The notes under the pieces were generated by a model that saw only the letters and a program-made list of their open reading frames with translations, was not told the DNA's origin and made no database searches. This document shows, piece by piece, positions 1 through 9,545 of a stretch of DNA of 63,135 bases (positions are counted from its first letter, which is position 1; every line of letters starts with the position of its first letter). Source of the stretch: a virus (Duplodnaviria > Caudoviricetes); IMG/VR virus record IMGVR_UViG_3300045934_000076, positions 1 to 63,135 of that record; one strand, written 5' to 3'. The position numbers and the translations under genes were made by a program.

Positions 1-240
1 GAGATGCCGTCCACCGTCAACTACATCGATCAAGCCTGGAATGCTGTCTCCAGCATGGCCATCGCACTGGAGCGCTACGAGGCGCGAGGTCCCATGGAGG
101 CATTCGACGCGACACATCAACTCGAGGCCTTCGAGAAGCGCGTCGGGCTCAAGCTTCATACGTGCGAGGACTGTCGTGGGCAGTTCCTCGAGAGCAAGCT
201 CGCAGGCCATACTTGCCTGCCAAGACTGGGAGAGTAGTCA
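1..240. repeat. Terminal direct repeat, left copy
   Basis: 1-240 equals 62896-63135 except C128 vs T63023; indicates a circular or terminally redundant, probably complete genome. Confidence 0.97.
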
Positions 241-581
241 TGCTGGATCACATCGAAGGAATTTGGAGCACAGAGGACTGGTACGGCGAGGTGAAACTCA
301 ACGACCAGGTCCTGGACCCTGCTCGCAGCCAGAAGGTGAGGAACCACTCACCCGACGGCTTCTCGTGGGGCTACGCGGGCAGCGGGCCGTCGCAGCTCGC
401 GCTGGCCGTGTTGCTTGCCAAGGGAGTGCCCGAGTACACGGCTGTCCTCGCGCACACCGACTTCTGCCGCGAGGTGATCGCGGCCGTCAACGACGAGCAG
501 CCGCTCAACATCCACATCGACGTGAGGGCCTGGGTCGAAGCGTGGAAGCGCAAGAACGGCCGTCTGCTGGAGGAGGCATAG
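240..581 (+). CDS. DUF6166-like phage protein
   Basis: ATG at 240; motif VRNHSPDGFSWGYAGSGPSQLALAVL typical of DUF6166. Confidence 0.7.
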   Translation: MLDHIEGIWSTEDWYGEVKLNDQVLDPARSQKVRNHSPDGFSWGYAGSGPSQLALAVLLAKGVPEYTAVLAHTDFCREVIAAVNDEQPLNIHIDVRAWVEAWKRKNGRLLEEA

Positions 582-583
582 TC

Positions 584-1234
584 ATGTGGCACAAGATCAG
601 CGACGGGCACCCCGAACGCGGCGGCGTCTTCGTGGTGCGCCGTGACAGCATCATCTTCACCGCGACGGTATGCTACGGGATGCACGCGCCGTGGTGGGTG
701 CCTCGCGTTCCGTCCGAAGGTCTCGCGAAGGTCCACGAGACCGAGCCCATCAACATGGAGCCCAACGACCTGTGGACCACGCTGCATGAGCTCAACCCGA
801 TGGCGGCACAGCGGGAGATCGGCCGTCACTTCGGGATGCAGGACTTCGCGGATGAGCATTCACCTGCCGAGCTGGCCGCCGAGATCGAGCGTCGTCATCG
901 TGAGAGCGCAGCCGCACTCAACGCCGAGACGCGCGAAGCGAACGTGAGACAAGCCCGCCTCCTCGGGATGGCCACTCGGTTCCAACTCGAGACCACGAAG
1001 TGCAAGCGGCTCGAGCATGCCACCGTCACCATCGAGCTTCGCAGTGTGATCGGTGAGCCACGATGGGCCGTCTGTTGTGAGGGCGGCGTGCTCAACACTC
1101 ACAACGAATGGGAGTACGAGCCGAACCCGTCCAGTCGCAGCGACGCGTTCAAGAAGCGCACGCGATTCGACACTATCGAGGAGGCAGAGGCTGCCTTCCG
1201 GAGGTTCGAAGAGAGATGTCAACCGGAGGAGTAG
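584..1234 (+). CDS. Hypothetical protein
   Basis: GGAGG SD before ATG 584; genome-typical codon usage; 3' part of ORF 41..1234. Confidence 0.7.
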   Translation: MWHKISDGHPERGGVFVVRRDSIIFTATVCYGMHAPWWVPRVPSEGLAKVHETEPINMEPNDLWTTLHELNPMAAQREIGRHFGMQDFADEHSPAELAAEIERRHRESAAALNAETREANVRQARLLGMATRFQLETTKCKRLEHATVTIELRSVIGEPRWAVCCEGGVLNTHNEWEYEPNPSSRSDAFKKRTRFDTIEEAEAAFRRFEERCQPEE

Positions 1235-1500
1235 TCACAGCTCGCTGTACCGTCCAAGACTGCAAGTCTCGCGAGGTTTACACCTCAAGCCCAATCAGGG
1301 CCGAGCGGCACAGGCTCAACGCCTGGAACAAGGCCGCTCGGCTCGCTCGTTCCCACGCGGTCGAGACGAACCATCGCGTGGACCTCGACGACGGTGACCG
1401 GCACGCCTTCGTCGAGTGTCGTTGTTCCAAGTGCCAGGAACCTACGCCCGGGAACGCCTCGGGCGTCTGTCTCGAATGCCTCAAGAAGGAGATGATGTGA
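1216..1500 (+). CDS. Hypothetical Cys/His-rich, putative Zn-binding protein
   Basis: CTVQDC, CSKC and CLEC motifs; overlaps both neighbours. Confidence 0.55.
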   Translation: MSTGGVVTARCTVQDCKSREVYTSSPIRAERHRLNAWNKAARLARSHAVETNHRVDLDDGDRHAFVECRCSKCQEPTPGNASGVCLECLKKEMM

Positions 1501-1895
1501 TGCGGTTCAAGAGTTTGGTCGCTGCGTTCCTGATCGTACTCGCGGTCGTTCCGCTGGCGTCGGCCGATGTGAAGGCTCATCTCATGAGGGCGCCGGATCC
1601 CTGTGAGGGCGAGGGGCCGTGGCTGCTCGTCTATCGGTATCACTTCGTGAACGATGACGGCGTGACCCAGGTCGAGGAGACGTTCGACGGTCTGCGATTC
1701 GCAACCGAGGAGCTGGCCTTCGCGTGCGCCGCGAAGCTTCGAACGACTGGAGTGCGACTGCCGACGCTGCCTCGCTACGGTCGCGATTCGAACGTGATGC
1801 CCGACTTGATCACGCCCATGCCGTCGCTATGCGCCGTCGAACAGGGCATCAGGCCCACGCGCCAGCCTCGCGGGGCCGCTGACCCCGCGCCATAG
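1500..1895 (+). CDS. Hypothetical exported protein
   Basis: Signal peptide MRFKSLVAAFLIVLAVVPLASA with AxA site; AAGGAG SD. Confidence 0.65.
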   Translation: MRFKSLVAAFLIVLAVVPLASADVKAHLMRAPDPCEGEGPWLLVYRYHFVNDDGVTQVEETFDGLRFATEELAFACAAKLRTTGVRLPTLPRYGRDSNVMPDLITPMPSLCAVEQGIRPTRQPRGAADPAP

Positions 1896-2467
1896 GCCCC
1901 GCGCCCGCGTTCGTACCCTGCCCGCCCCTGCTAGGGGCCTTGCACCATGCAAGGCCCCCGGCAGGGGCCTTTGAACGATTAGGGCCTCACGGACCATCAC
2001 GATTCTGGAGCCTATATGGCTGACGGAATCGTGATGTTCGGCGTTCTCGACCCCAACGAGCCCAAACCGTGCCTGTAAGTGCTTACAGGTCAACAACTTA
2101 CAGGCCGGATCGTTTAAAGCCGTTTTAAGGCTCGCAAGGCGGGCGGGTAGGGCAAGGGGCTTAAGGCTCCCGCTTGGTCACTCCCTAGGGCTCCCTGTCA
2201 GCCTAGTTTTAGGCCCCTTCCGGCCCCCTCCTGGCCTAGGAGCGGCTAGCGAGCCCAGGAGAGCCCAATCCGGGGGGATTGGGGCCTGTACCCTGCGGCC
2301 CCTGCGGGCGGCTCGCTGGCGGGCGCGTGGGGCTCAGCCGCCCGTGGCACTTGCCACGCGGGCGCGGCACTTGCCATGCGGGCTCGTGGCGGGACCGGGC
2401 GACGGCAGGCCCCCGGCTCGTGCCGACTGGTCCAGAAGACGCTCGATGAACTTTGTTGTGTGGCCCC

Positions 2468-2495
2468 TTGCGCGCTGGCGCGCTGCGCCTATATT
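2468..2495 (+). promoter_or_regulatory. Putative sigma70-type promoter
   Basis: TTGCGC-16 bp-TATATT upstream of gene 2552; same -35 hexamer as the promoter at 56967. Confidence 0.55.
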
Positions 2496-2551
2496 GAAGC
2501 TGCAAGCGCGGCACTCACGCTGCGCCACAGTTCAGAAAGAGAGCAAGCATC

Positions 2552-2917
2552 ATGGCCGAATCCAAGGAGAAGCCGGCGAAGGTCAAGCGGGACCGTCAGG
2601 TCACGCGTCTCACCGACGGCCAGGGCGGGTCGCTCGAGGTGTTCGCCCAGGGCACGAAGGCCGGTCGGTTCGAGAGCTACGCCAAGCACACGGTCCGCGA
2701 CGAGAAGGGCAAGGTCAACAAGGGCGCGTCGAAGGGCTCCGGCATCGCCGGCGACCACGCGACCTTCGACGAGGCCAAGACCGCCGCGAACGGCATCATC
2801 GAGGGCGCGAAGGCCCTCGGCTGGACCGTCAAGTCCAGCGGCGGCGGAGCGGCCGGTCGCAAGGACGCCTTCACGCTCGACAGCCTCCCGAAGCCCGCGA
2901 AGGCCCCCAAGAAGTAG
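2552..2917 (+). CDS. Small Lys/Gly/Ala-rich protein, likely highly expressed and monocistronic; paralogue of 3443..3667
   Basis: Extreme GC3 codon bias, own promoter and terminator. Confidence 0.85.
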   Translation: MAESKEKPAKVKRDRQVTRLTDGQGGSLEVFAQGTKAGRFESYAKHTVRDEKGKVNKGASKGSGIAGDHATFDEAKTAANGIIEGAKALGWTVKSSGGGAAGRKDAFTLDSLPKPAKAPKK

Positions 2918-2940
2918 GAGCGGCCTCCGTCGCGGTCTCG

Positions 2941-2974
2941 AGCCGCTCCACTCGCACAGTGGAGCGGCTTTTTT
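2941..2974 (+). terminator. Rho-independent terminator
   Basis: AGCCGCTCCACT-CGCAC-AGTGGAGCGGCT 12-bp stem followed by a T run. Confidence 0.9.
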
Positions 2975-2975
2975 G

Positions 2976-3005
2976 TTGCAATCAGTTGCTAACTTGTGCT
3001 ACAAT
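2976..3005 (+). promoter_or_regulatory. Promoter with GTTGCTAAC box in spacer
   Basis: TTGCAA-18 bp-TACAAT, extended -10 TGn; spacer TCAGTTGCTAACTTGTGC. Confidence 0.75.
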
Positions 3006-3012
3006 GCACCTT

Positions 3013-3125
3013 CACGTCATGCGATCGAAGCCGTCGGGTCACGCGAAAGCGCGGGTGGACTCAAGGCCGGGATACAACTACACTCCCCGGGAGGCTCGAC
3101 GGCTTCGATCGCGCTGCGTGGTGCA
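3013..3125 (+). ncRNA. Structured leader or small RNA candidate
   Basis: 20-bp stem 3021-3040/3093-3112 enclosing a CGC-GAAA-GCG hairpin and a CCGGG...CCCGG hairpin, just after a promoter. Confidence 0.55.
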
Positions 3126-3146
3126 GCGTGTTCAGAGGAGGGCGCG

Positions 3147-3446
3147 ATGTTCTCATGCGAAGCATGCGGAAGGAAGAGCGAGCGCGGCCAGAAGCAGCAT
3201 CGTCGAGTGGTCGAGCAGCGTCGGCGGCAGTACGATCGTGGCCTCGAGATCGTTCGCGAGCTCAAGGTCGGTGAGTGCTGCAAGGACCTACCTCCCGACC
3301 AGCTCCTGACCAAAGCCCACAGTCTGCCGGCGATCACTGGTCGCCTCAGCTGTTCGGGACCCGGTTTCCAGAACGTCAAGCCGCCAAAGCACGTTCAGCA
3401 GCGGCTCGCTGCGTTCCTGCTCGGTGAGGTCGTGAGGAAGTCATGA
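3147..3446 (+). CDS. Hypothetical basic Zn-ribbon protein
   Basis: GAGGAGG SD, MFSCEACG...GECC. Confidence 0.7.
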   Translation: MFSCEACGRKSERGQKQHRRVVEQRRRQYDRGLEIVRELKVGECCKDLPPDQLLTKAHSLPAITGRLSCSGPGFQNVKPPKHVQQRLAAFLLGEVVRKS

Positions 3447-3667
3447 CCCTCGTGAAGGAGGTCAAGCTTCTGGACGACGGCGGCAACTCGCTCACGTTCA
3501 CGCTGACCAACGAGGGCCGGCTCTACATCACGTCGGTCGTCTACGTGAACGGCCGCAAGACTGGCACTGGCCTCGCGAAGAAGTTCCTCGAGCAGCGGCA
3601 CGCTGAGACGTCACTCGAGAAGCAGGTCGCTGAGGCCCGCGAGCTGGGATGGGAGCTGCCGTCATGA
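3443..3667 (+). CDS. Hypothetical protein, possibly WGR-like fold; paralogue of 2552..2917
   Basis: ATGA overlap; shares L.D..G.SL, G[ST]G[IL]A and A[KR].LGW with gene 2552. Confidence 0.7.
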   Translation: MTLVKEVKLLDDGGNSLTFTLTNEGRLYITSVVYVNGRKTGTGLAKKFLEQRHAETSLEKQVAEARELGWELPS

Positions 3668-4584
3668 GGCCCGATCACATGGAACGTGCCATGACTCGGG
3701 GCTTCGTCGAGCCCATGCTGGCATCACCGACGAAGGAGGGCATGCTCCTCCCGTCAGGAGAGTGGATCGCCCAGGAGAAGTACGACGGGCATCGCCTGAT
3801 AGTAGCAGTAGGCAAGGCCAGTGGTCTCTTCGGCGGCGAGCCAAGAGCGTGGAGCCGCGACGCGAAGGACCGCATCCTGCCGGCTCACGTTCGCACAGCG
3901 ATCGGGAAGCTACCGAACGGCATCTACGACGGTGAGCTTCTGGTGCCAGGTGAGCGCTCGTACGGCGTCACCCGACTGGACCTCGCCGACAAGCTCGTGT
4001 TCGTGTGCTTCGACGTCTTGGAGCTCCTCGGAAAGGACCTCACGATCAGAGGCATCGGGGCCAATCAGCAAGATCGCAGAGACTACCTCTTGCAGATCTT
4101 CAATCAGCCCGAGCTGGGAGTGCCAGGGATTCAACTCGCGTGGCAGATGCCAATCAAGACATTCGAGGACGCTAACAGGATAGCCGCCAGGGATGTCTGG
4201 TCGCGCGACGGTGAAGGGCTCATTCTCAAGAGAGTGACGGGGCTCTATCAGCCCGGCAAGCGACCCAAGGACTGGCTCAAGATCAAGATGCTCAGGAGTG
4301 CCTGTCTCACGATCGTTGGCTTCAAGGCAGGCACGATGGGTGACAACTCAGTCGTCATGCTTCGGGACGATGACGGCAACGATACGACGGTCAAGTGGAA
4401 GAATCTCGAGATACTCCATCAGCTTCAGACCGATCCGAAGAGCTTCATCGGGCGCAAGCTCTGGATCGAGTTCCAAGAGAGAACGCCCGACGGCGGCTAT
4501 AGGCATCCTCGGTGGGATCACCTCGACGAGGGTCGCAACGCAGGCAAGCGCGTCCTCAGCGCGCTCAAAGGAGGCACGAAGTGA
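3664..4584 (+). CDS. ATP-dependent DNA ligase
   Basis: Motif I EKYDGHR, YDGEL, FDVL, EGLILK, WLKIK, C-terminal OB fold (YRHPRW). Confidence 0.93.
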   Translation: MRPDHMERAMTRGFVEPMLASPTKEGMLLPSGEWIAQEKYDGHRLIVAVGKASGLFGGEPRAWSRDAKDRILPAHVRTAIGKLPNGIYDGELLVPGERSYGVTRLDLADKLVFVCFDVLELLGKDLTIRGIGANQQDRRDYLLQIFNQPELGVPGIQLAWQMPIKTFEDANRIAARDVWSRDGEGLILKRVTGLYQPGKRPKDWLKIKMLRSACLTIVGFKAGTMGDNSVVMLRDDDGNDTTVKWKNLEILHQLQTDPKSFIGRKLWIEFQERTPDGGYRHPRWDHLDEGRNAGKRVLSALKGGTK

Positions 4585-5009
4585 AGAGCAAGGTCAAGAT
4601 GCCCAAGGACGAGTTCTACAGGATCGTCCACGAGTGCGGTCTCAGCAGCGATCGTCTCACGCAGATCCTCTACGAGACCTGCCCCACTCCTGACATCACC
4701 GAAGACGAACTTCGCAAGTTCATGCATCACAAAGACACCGTCAAGTGCCTCCGCGTCTGCCTGGGGATGCTTCGCGGTGAGAAGTGGGCCTTCGAGGAGG
4801 CTTTCAAGCAGATCGCGAAGTACCTCGAAGAGCACGGCGTGTTCCTCGTGATCCTGGAAATCCGCAGCGACGCTCAGGCCAGCAAGATCCCAAGCGACAC
4901 TCCCGGAGCGCAGGCCGCGGATCCCTTCGGCAAGACCGAGGCTGACGTCATCGACGACATCGCGTCGATGTTCGGCTCGCAGCCAATCGACCCTCGCAAG
5001 GCGAACTGA
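4581..5009 (+). CDS. Hypothetical protein
   Basis: GTGA overlap with ligase stop, GGAGG SD. Confidence 0.65.
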   Translation: MKSKVKMPKDEFYRIVHECGLSSDRLTQILYETCPTPDITEDELRKFMHHKDTVKCLRVCLGMLRGEKWAFEEAFKQIAKYLEEHGVFLVILEIRSDAQASKIPSDTPGAQAADPFGKTEADVIDDIASMFGSQPIDPRKAN

Positions 5010-5010
5010 G

Positions 5011-5304
5011 GTGCGCCGCTTGGGTCGTTGGTGGATCAAGGTCCACGCACGAAGCTTCTACAAGTTCTGGGGCTTCGACAAGGCAGTCCCGATGGCTCGT
5101 GAAGGAGCCGTCGGCTTCAAGCCGATGCGCTGGTACTGGCGTCGCGTGCTCAAGCAGGTAGAAATCCTGCGGCTCTGCGAGAAGACCGACCGGTTCATGC
5201 GCGTCTACGGCGCGTCTCCGTTGAAGATCGCTGAGATGCAGCCGCTCAACTGGAAACCGTCCGATGCTGCTCAGGCATTCGGAAGATTCAGGAGGGGTCG
5301 ATGA
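5011..5304 (+). CDS. Hypothetical protein
   Basis: Tightly packed ORF within the operon. Confidence 0.55.
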   Translation: MRRLGRWWIKVHARSFYKFWGFDKAVPMAREGAVGFKPMRWYWRRVLKQVEILRLCEKTDRFMRVYGASPLKIAEMQPLNWKPSDAAQAFGRFRRGR

Positions 5305-5483
5305 GGTTCAAGCTCACGTTCAAGGAGGGGCTCAACGTCGTCGGGACCGTGAGGTCCATCCGGATGCCGAAGCCGGAGAAGCCTGATCAGGAGAAGCTCC
5401 TCGCAGAAGAGATCATCAAGCTGGAACAGCTCACTGAGCGCGTCACCGGTCTCCGGCTGCACATCGAGACCGTCGAACAGTGA
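5301..5483 (+). CDS. Hypothetical protein
   Basis: ATGA overlap, GGAGG SD. Confidence 0.6.
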   Translation: MRFKLTFKEGLNVVGTVRSIRMPKPEKPDQEKLLAEEIIKLEQLTERVTGLRLHIETVEQ

Positions 5484-6418
5484 GTCTCGTAGACCAGTTC
5501 TGCGAGCGTTCGACGCCATTCAGGATCATGGCCGAGCAGTCGCAGGTCTTCCGCGTGCCATTCGAAGTCACTCCCTTCACTCGAGAGCCTGACGGCAAGT
5601 GGGGCTTCTGGTGGAGGGAGTGGGCTGAGTGGAAGATGAAGTTGATTCCGAAGAAGGGCGATGCGTTCGACTCGTCGTGGTGGCGACCTCCCTTCAAGGA
5701 CATGATCATCATGAGCGAGCGCGACGAGCAGGGTCTCATGATGATCTTGAGCCCTCGCGCTGGATTCAACTTCAGCGACGTCACTCTGCCGGGCCACGGG
5801 CAGGTCAAGCCAGACTGGGGATGCATCGTGGCTCAGCTCGGCCTGGATCCCAGAACTCGAGAGCTGATGGTCTTGATGTCGATGCGGGTGTTCTCCGTGG
5901 ATGGATTGCTCCACCTCACGAAGCTCGAAGAGCAGGCCCGCGACACCGTCTCGCTCCAGAAGATCATCACTCCCTACGCCGACGAAGAGCGGATGTACAA
6001 GCACGCTCTCGAGATCTGGAGAGACAATCCCAAGGATCACGAACGCGACGCAGTCAACTCAGTCGCAACTTTCGCGATCGTCTGTGGGCTCCTGTGCTGC
6101 AAGAACGTGCTCACCGAGGAGCGGGCCGCTACGCGCCAGATCCGGCGTGATAGGGAGCGGCGTGGGCTCTTGCCTCTGGTGCGCTGGCACATACTCAAGG
6201 TTCAGGTGGGCGCGCAGCGCAAGCAGCCTCGCAGCGGGCCATCGCTCGGCGGTCCACACGAGCCACTCGCCAGTCACTTCGTTCGAGGTCACTTCAAGAC
6301 CTTCACGAAGGAGAAGCCGCTCCTCGGGAGGGCCGTCGGCACATTCTGGTGGAGTCAGCACGTCGCTGGCCGCGCCGACCGAGTCGTCCTCAAGGACTAC
6401 GAAATCGAGAAGGAGTAG
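5480..6418 (+). CDS. Hypothetical phage protein with C-terminal HxxRGHxK motif
   Basis: HFVRGHFK...FWWSQHVAG motif seen in many uncharacterised phage proteins. Confidence 0.7.
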   Translation: MSLVDQFCERSTPFRIMAEQSQVFRVPFEVTPFTREPDGKWGFWWREWAEWKMKLIPKKGDAFDSSWWRPPFKDMIIMSERDEQGLMMILSPRAGFNFSDVTLPGHGQVKPDWGCIVAQLGLDPRTRELMVLMSMRVFSVDGLLHLTKLEEQARDTVSLQKIITPYADEERMYKHALEIWRDNPKDHERDAVNSVATFAIVCGLLCCKNVLTEERAATRQIRRDRERRGLLPLVRWHILKVQVGAQRKQPRSGPSLGGPHEPLASHFVRGHFKTFTKEKPLLGRAVGTFWWSQHVAGRADRVVLKDYEIEKE

Positions 6419-6421
6419 ATC

Positions 6422-6730
6422 ATGTTCGGCAGGCTATTCAAGAGAACGCCGAAGCCGCAGCGCCGATTCTGGTGTCCAACTTGCAAGGTGATCTTGCTTG
6501 AGAAGACCCACGAGGTCTTCACATTCTGGCTCAAGTTCAGCGAGCAGGCTTTTGGTCACAACGCATGGATCAAGGACGCAGAAGTCAGTCTTGGCGGCGG
6601 GTCATTCGGTCATCAAGTGACTCATGTCGTCATCCTTGAGATTCCCGCGACAGCCACTCCAGTCGCCGACGGTAAGCTCAGCATCGTCACGGAGGCAGGA
6701 GCAGTCAGCTTGGCTGACGATCTTCTGTAG
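6422..6730 (+). CDS. Hypothetical protein
   Basis: AAGGAG SD, CPTC motif. Confidence 0.6.
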   Translation: MFGRLFKRTPKPQRRFWCPTCKVILLEKTHEVFTFWLKFSEQAFGHNAWIKDAEVSLGGGSFGHQVTHVVILEIPATATPVADGKLSIVTEAGAVSLADDLL

Positions 6731-6733
6731 AGC

Positions 6734-7453
6734 ATGGGCCGCATCAAGGAGGTTTCGTTCAAGGCCAACGTCGAGACGCGACGCTTCGGGCATGTCCACA
6801 TCGAAGCGAAAGCCGATGTGGATAGAAACGAAGACCCCGGCGATGTGCTCGAGAACGTCAAGAGCTTCGTAGCACAGGAGCTCAAGGTCGCTCGTGATGG
6901 CGTTGGCCCCAACAAGGACGGTCGATTCGAGGACATGATCAAGGGCGAACCCGAAGTGATGGAAGAGGACCTCGCTCATTCGGGCGAGAACCCGCTCAAT
7001 CCCGGACGGATCACATCTTCTCATGTAGGATCTGGCACGCTCAAGCTCGGGACTGGAAAGCTCAAGGAGCTCCTCAACAGCGAGCGTGTCGCGAAGGCTC
7101 TTCGCGACTCCATGGACAAGCAGATGATCGTCGGCATCGCCGGCAAGGATCTCAAGGCCGGCGACATGGTCACAGTCGATGAGCATGGCCGTCTCATTGA
7201 GATCAGAAACGATTGGGTCAACGGCGAGAAGATCGTGAAGCGAGAGACTCAGGATGGGAGGATCACAGTCCAGAAAATCTCCATGAAGGATCCTGGCGGC
7301 AGAAGGCCGGAGGATTTCTTTATCACTATCGACGAAGCTCTTGAAGAGAAACTCAAGATGGGCGCCTTCACCCAAGATCAGCTACGTGATCTGTTCAAGA
7401 AAGAAGTGACAGCTGAACATCGGCGACGTGACAAGGAGGACAAACTCAGATGA
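6734..7453 (+). CDS. Hypothetical protein
   Basis: 239-aa ORF in operon with typical codon usage. Confidence 0.65.
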   Translation: MGRIKEVSFKANVETRRFGHVHIEAKADVDRNEDPGDVLENVKSFVAQELKVARDGVGPNKDGRFEDMIKGEPEVMEEDLAHSGENPLNPGRITSSHVGSGTLKLGTGKLKELLNSERVAKALRDSMDKQMIVGIAGKDLKAGDMVTVDEHGRLIEIRNDWVNGEKIVKRETQDGRITVQKISMKDPGGRRPEDFFITIDEALEEKLKMGAFTQDQLRDLFKKEVTAEHRRRDKEDKLR

Positions 7454-7619
7454 TGAACCATCAGCTCTACGTTCGCACTCCACCCTGGACGAAGGAGTAC
7501 TTCATGGTCATTCGCGTCCGTCCTGAAGATCCAACGGAGGAACAGATGCCGATCTCTCGTGAAGGCATCGAGAAGTTCCTGAACGCTGGTGGCAAGGTTC
7601 ACTGGAATCCGGTCTGGAA

Positions 7620-9545
7620 GTGAAGAAGTACGGCATGCCGAACCGCGATCAGGGAAGTCTCATGGGCGTCATGAGACCGGAGAAGAAGCATCACTGGCGA
7701 CCAGGCGAATTCCCGAACCTCGACGGCGTAGACGAACTCGGCGCCGACTTCGAAGCTGATGGGCCTTGTCTCCAAGGGAAGCCCTGCACAGGAGGCCTTC
7801 GATGGTGGGATGATGCGAGGGCCATCGGTCTTTCACTGGCCTGGGGCGAAGGTGCGGACGAACGATCGTTCTACCTCCCGTGGGGCCACGTTGGCGGGAA
7901 CGTCGATCCTGAGAAGGCGAAAGCCTGGATCAGAGATACACTCCGCTACAAGAAGCTCTACTGGATCAACGGCTCGTACGACATCAACCTGGGCCATGCA
8001 TCAGGCATCGACTTCGAAGAGATGGAATGCTGGTCAGCCGACGTCGGCTTCTACGCTGCCCTCCTCGACGACCATCGTATGCGGTTCAACCTCGATTCAA
8101 TCTCTAAGGAATATCTTGGCTACGGCAAGAAGGAGTTGCCACAAGGATCGATCGAGCACATGTCGCAGCTCCATGCAGGTGAAGCCGAGGAGTACGCTCG
8201 CCACGATGCGCTCCTGAACTGGCGGCTCAGGCAGAAGATGTGGCCGATGATCCAGGAGGAAGAGCTCGAGGAGGTGGCTGAGCTCGAAGAGGAGGTCATC
8301 TACGCGACTTGTGCCATGGAGCGTGCTGGAGCACCGATAGACGTTCCCAAGCTCGAGCGATGGTGCAACGAAGTCGAGCAGATCCGTATGCGGCTGCTCA
8401 CTGACATCCAACGTGAGGTCGGGTTCCGCTTCGAGCCAACTCACCGTGACTCGAAGCTGAGACTGTTCAGAGAGCTGGGTCTTGAGAACCCGTTCCGGAC
8501 TGAGAAGAAGCAAGAGGAGAGTTTCACAGCGGACATTCTCTCGAGCTTTGACCATCCGACTGTTCAAAAGTGGTACCTCTACAATCTCTACACGTCCCTC
8601 GACAACAAGTTCCTGACGGGCTATCGCAAGCGTGTGGATCGCAATGGAATCCTTCGTTACTCGCTCCACCAGATGGCTTGTGAGGAAGGAGGCACAGTCT
8701 CAGGCCGGTATTCCAGTTCACGAATGACTGCCAGCGAAGGGATCAACGTCCAACAAGTCACGAAGCCGTCAAAGCAGAAGACGAGCTGGAAGAATCTCGA
8801 GAAGTATGCGAAGCTGGCTCCGTACATCAAGGAGTTCATCGTTCGTGAGCTGTTCATTCCTCAGTCTGGTCATTGGTTCAGCTCTGACGCGCGACAGATT
8901 GAGTATCGGCTCTTCGCCCACTATGCTAACACCGAAAACATCCTCCAGAAATATCGTGAAAACCCACTCACCGATTTCCACGCTGTTGTGATGGAGATGG
9001 TGCAGAAGACAAAGCAGATCAACCGTGATCGCACGAAGGACTTGAACTTCGCAAAGATCTACGGTGCTGGCATCAAGAAGATTGCATGGATGCTCGGGTT
9101 CAGACGTGCGAATGCTCCTGAAAGCAGTGACGAGGGAGTTGCTCAGGCCAAGCCCTTCGTTGAAGCTTACGACAAGGAATTTCCCGAAGCGAAGGCTCTT
9201 CTCTACGAAGCCAGCCAGATCGCCGAGAAGCGTGGCTACGTCAAGACCGTCCTCGGAAGGCGTGCTCGCTTCATTCGAGGAGCGTTCTCACACAAGGCAC
9301 TCAATCGCGTGATTCAGGGTGGCGCAGCGGACATCGCCAAGAAGAAGTCGGCTCGTCTCCATGCAACTCGCAAGGAGACTGGCCTCAAGCTTCGCTTTCC
9401 GATGCACGACGAGTTCTGCGGTGACATTCCCGACAGAGGAGCACTCGAGAAGGTCGCCAAGATCCTAGACGAACAGGACTACGATCTTCGCGTGCCCATC
9501 CTGTGGGACACGCGCATGGGACCGAACTGGAAGGAGGCAGCGTGA
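7620..9545 (+). CDS. DNA polymerase family A with 3'-5' exonuclease domain
   Basis: Exo DFE and YARHDA; TVSGRYSS; motif A SDARQIEYR; motif B RTKDLNFAKIYG; NRVIQGGAAD; motif C MHDE. Confidence 0.95.
   Translation: MKKYGMPNRDQGSLMGVMRPEKKHHWRPGEFPNLDGVDELGADFEADGPCLQGKPCTGGLRWWDDARAIGLSLAWGEGADERSFYLPWGHVGGNVDPEKAKAWIRDTLRYKKLYWINGSYDINLGHASGIDFEEMECWSADVGFYAALLDDHRMRFNLDSISKEYLGYGKKELPQGSIEHMSQLHAGEAEEYARHDALLNWRLRQKMWPMIQEEELEEVAELEEEVIYATCAMERAGAPIDVPKLERWCNEVEQIRMRLLTDIQREVGFRFEPTHRDSKLRLFRELGLENPFRTEKKQEESFTADILSSFDHPTVQKWYLYNLYTSLDNKFLTGYRKRVDRNGILRYSLHQMACEEGGTVSGRYSSSRMTASEGINVQQVTKPSKQKTSWKNLEKYAKLAPYIKEFIVRELFIPQSGHWFSSDARQIEYRLFAHYANTENILQKYRENPLTDFHAVVMEMVQKTKQINRDRTKDLNFAKIYGAGIKKIAWMLGFRRANAPESSDEGVAQAKPFVEAYDKEFPEAKALLYEASQIAEKRGYVKTVLGRRARFIRGAFSHKALNRVIQGGAADIAKKKSARLHATRKETGLKLRFPMHDEFCGDIPDRGALEKVAKILDEQDYDLRVPILWDTRMGPNWKEAA

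Noticed and set aside
2345-2376. TGGCAC/TTGC resembling a sigma54 promoter
   Set aside because: The elements are adjacent without the required 5-bp gap; better described as a repeated palindromic box
2344-3446. Long ORFs 2344..3309 and 2376..3446
   Set aside because: They cross a promoter, a terminator and the real gene 2552..2917; only 3147..3446 has an SD and plausible composition
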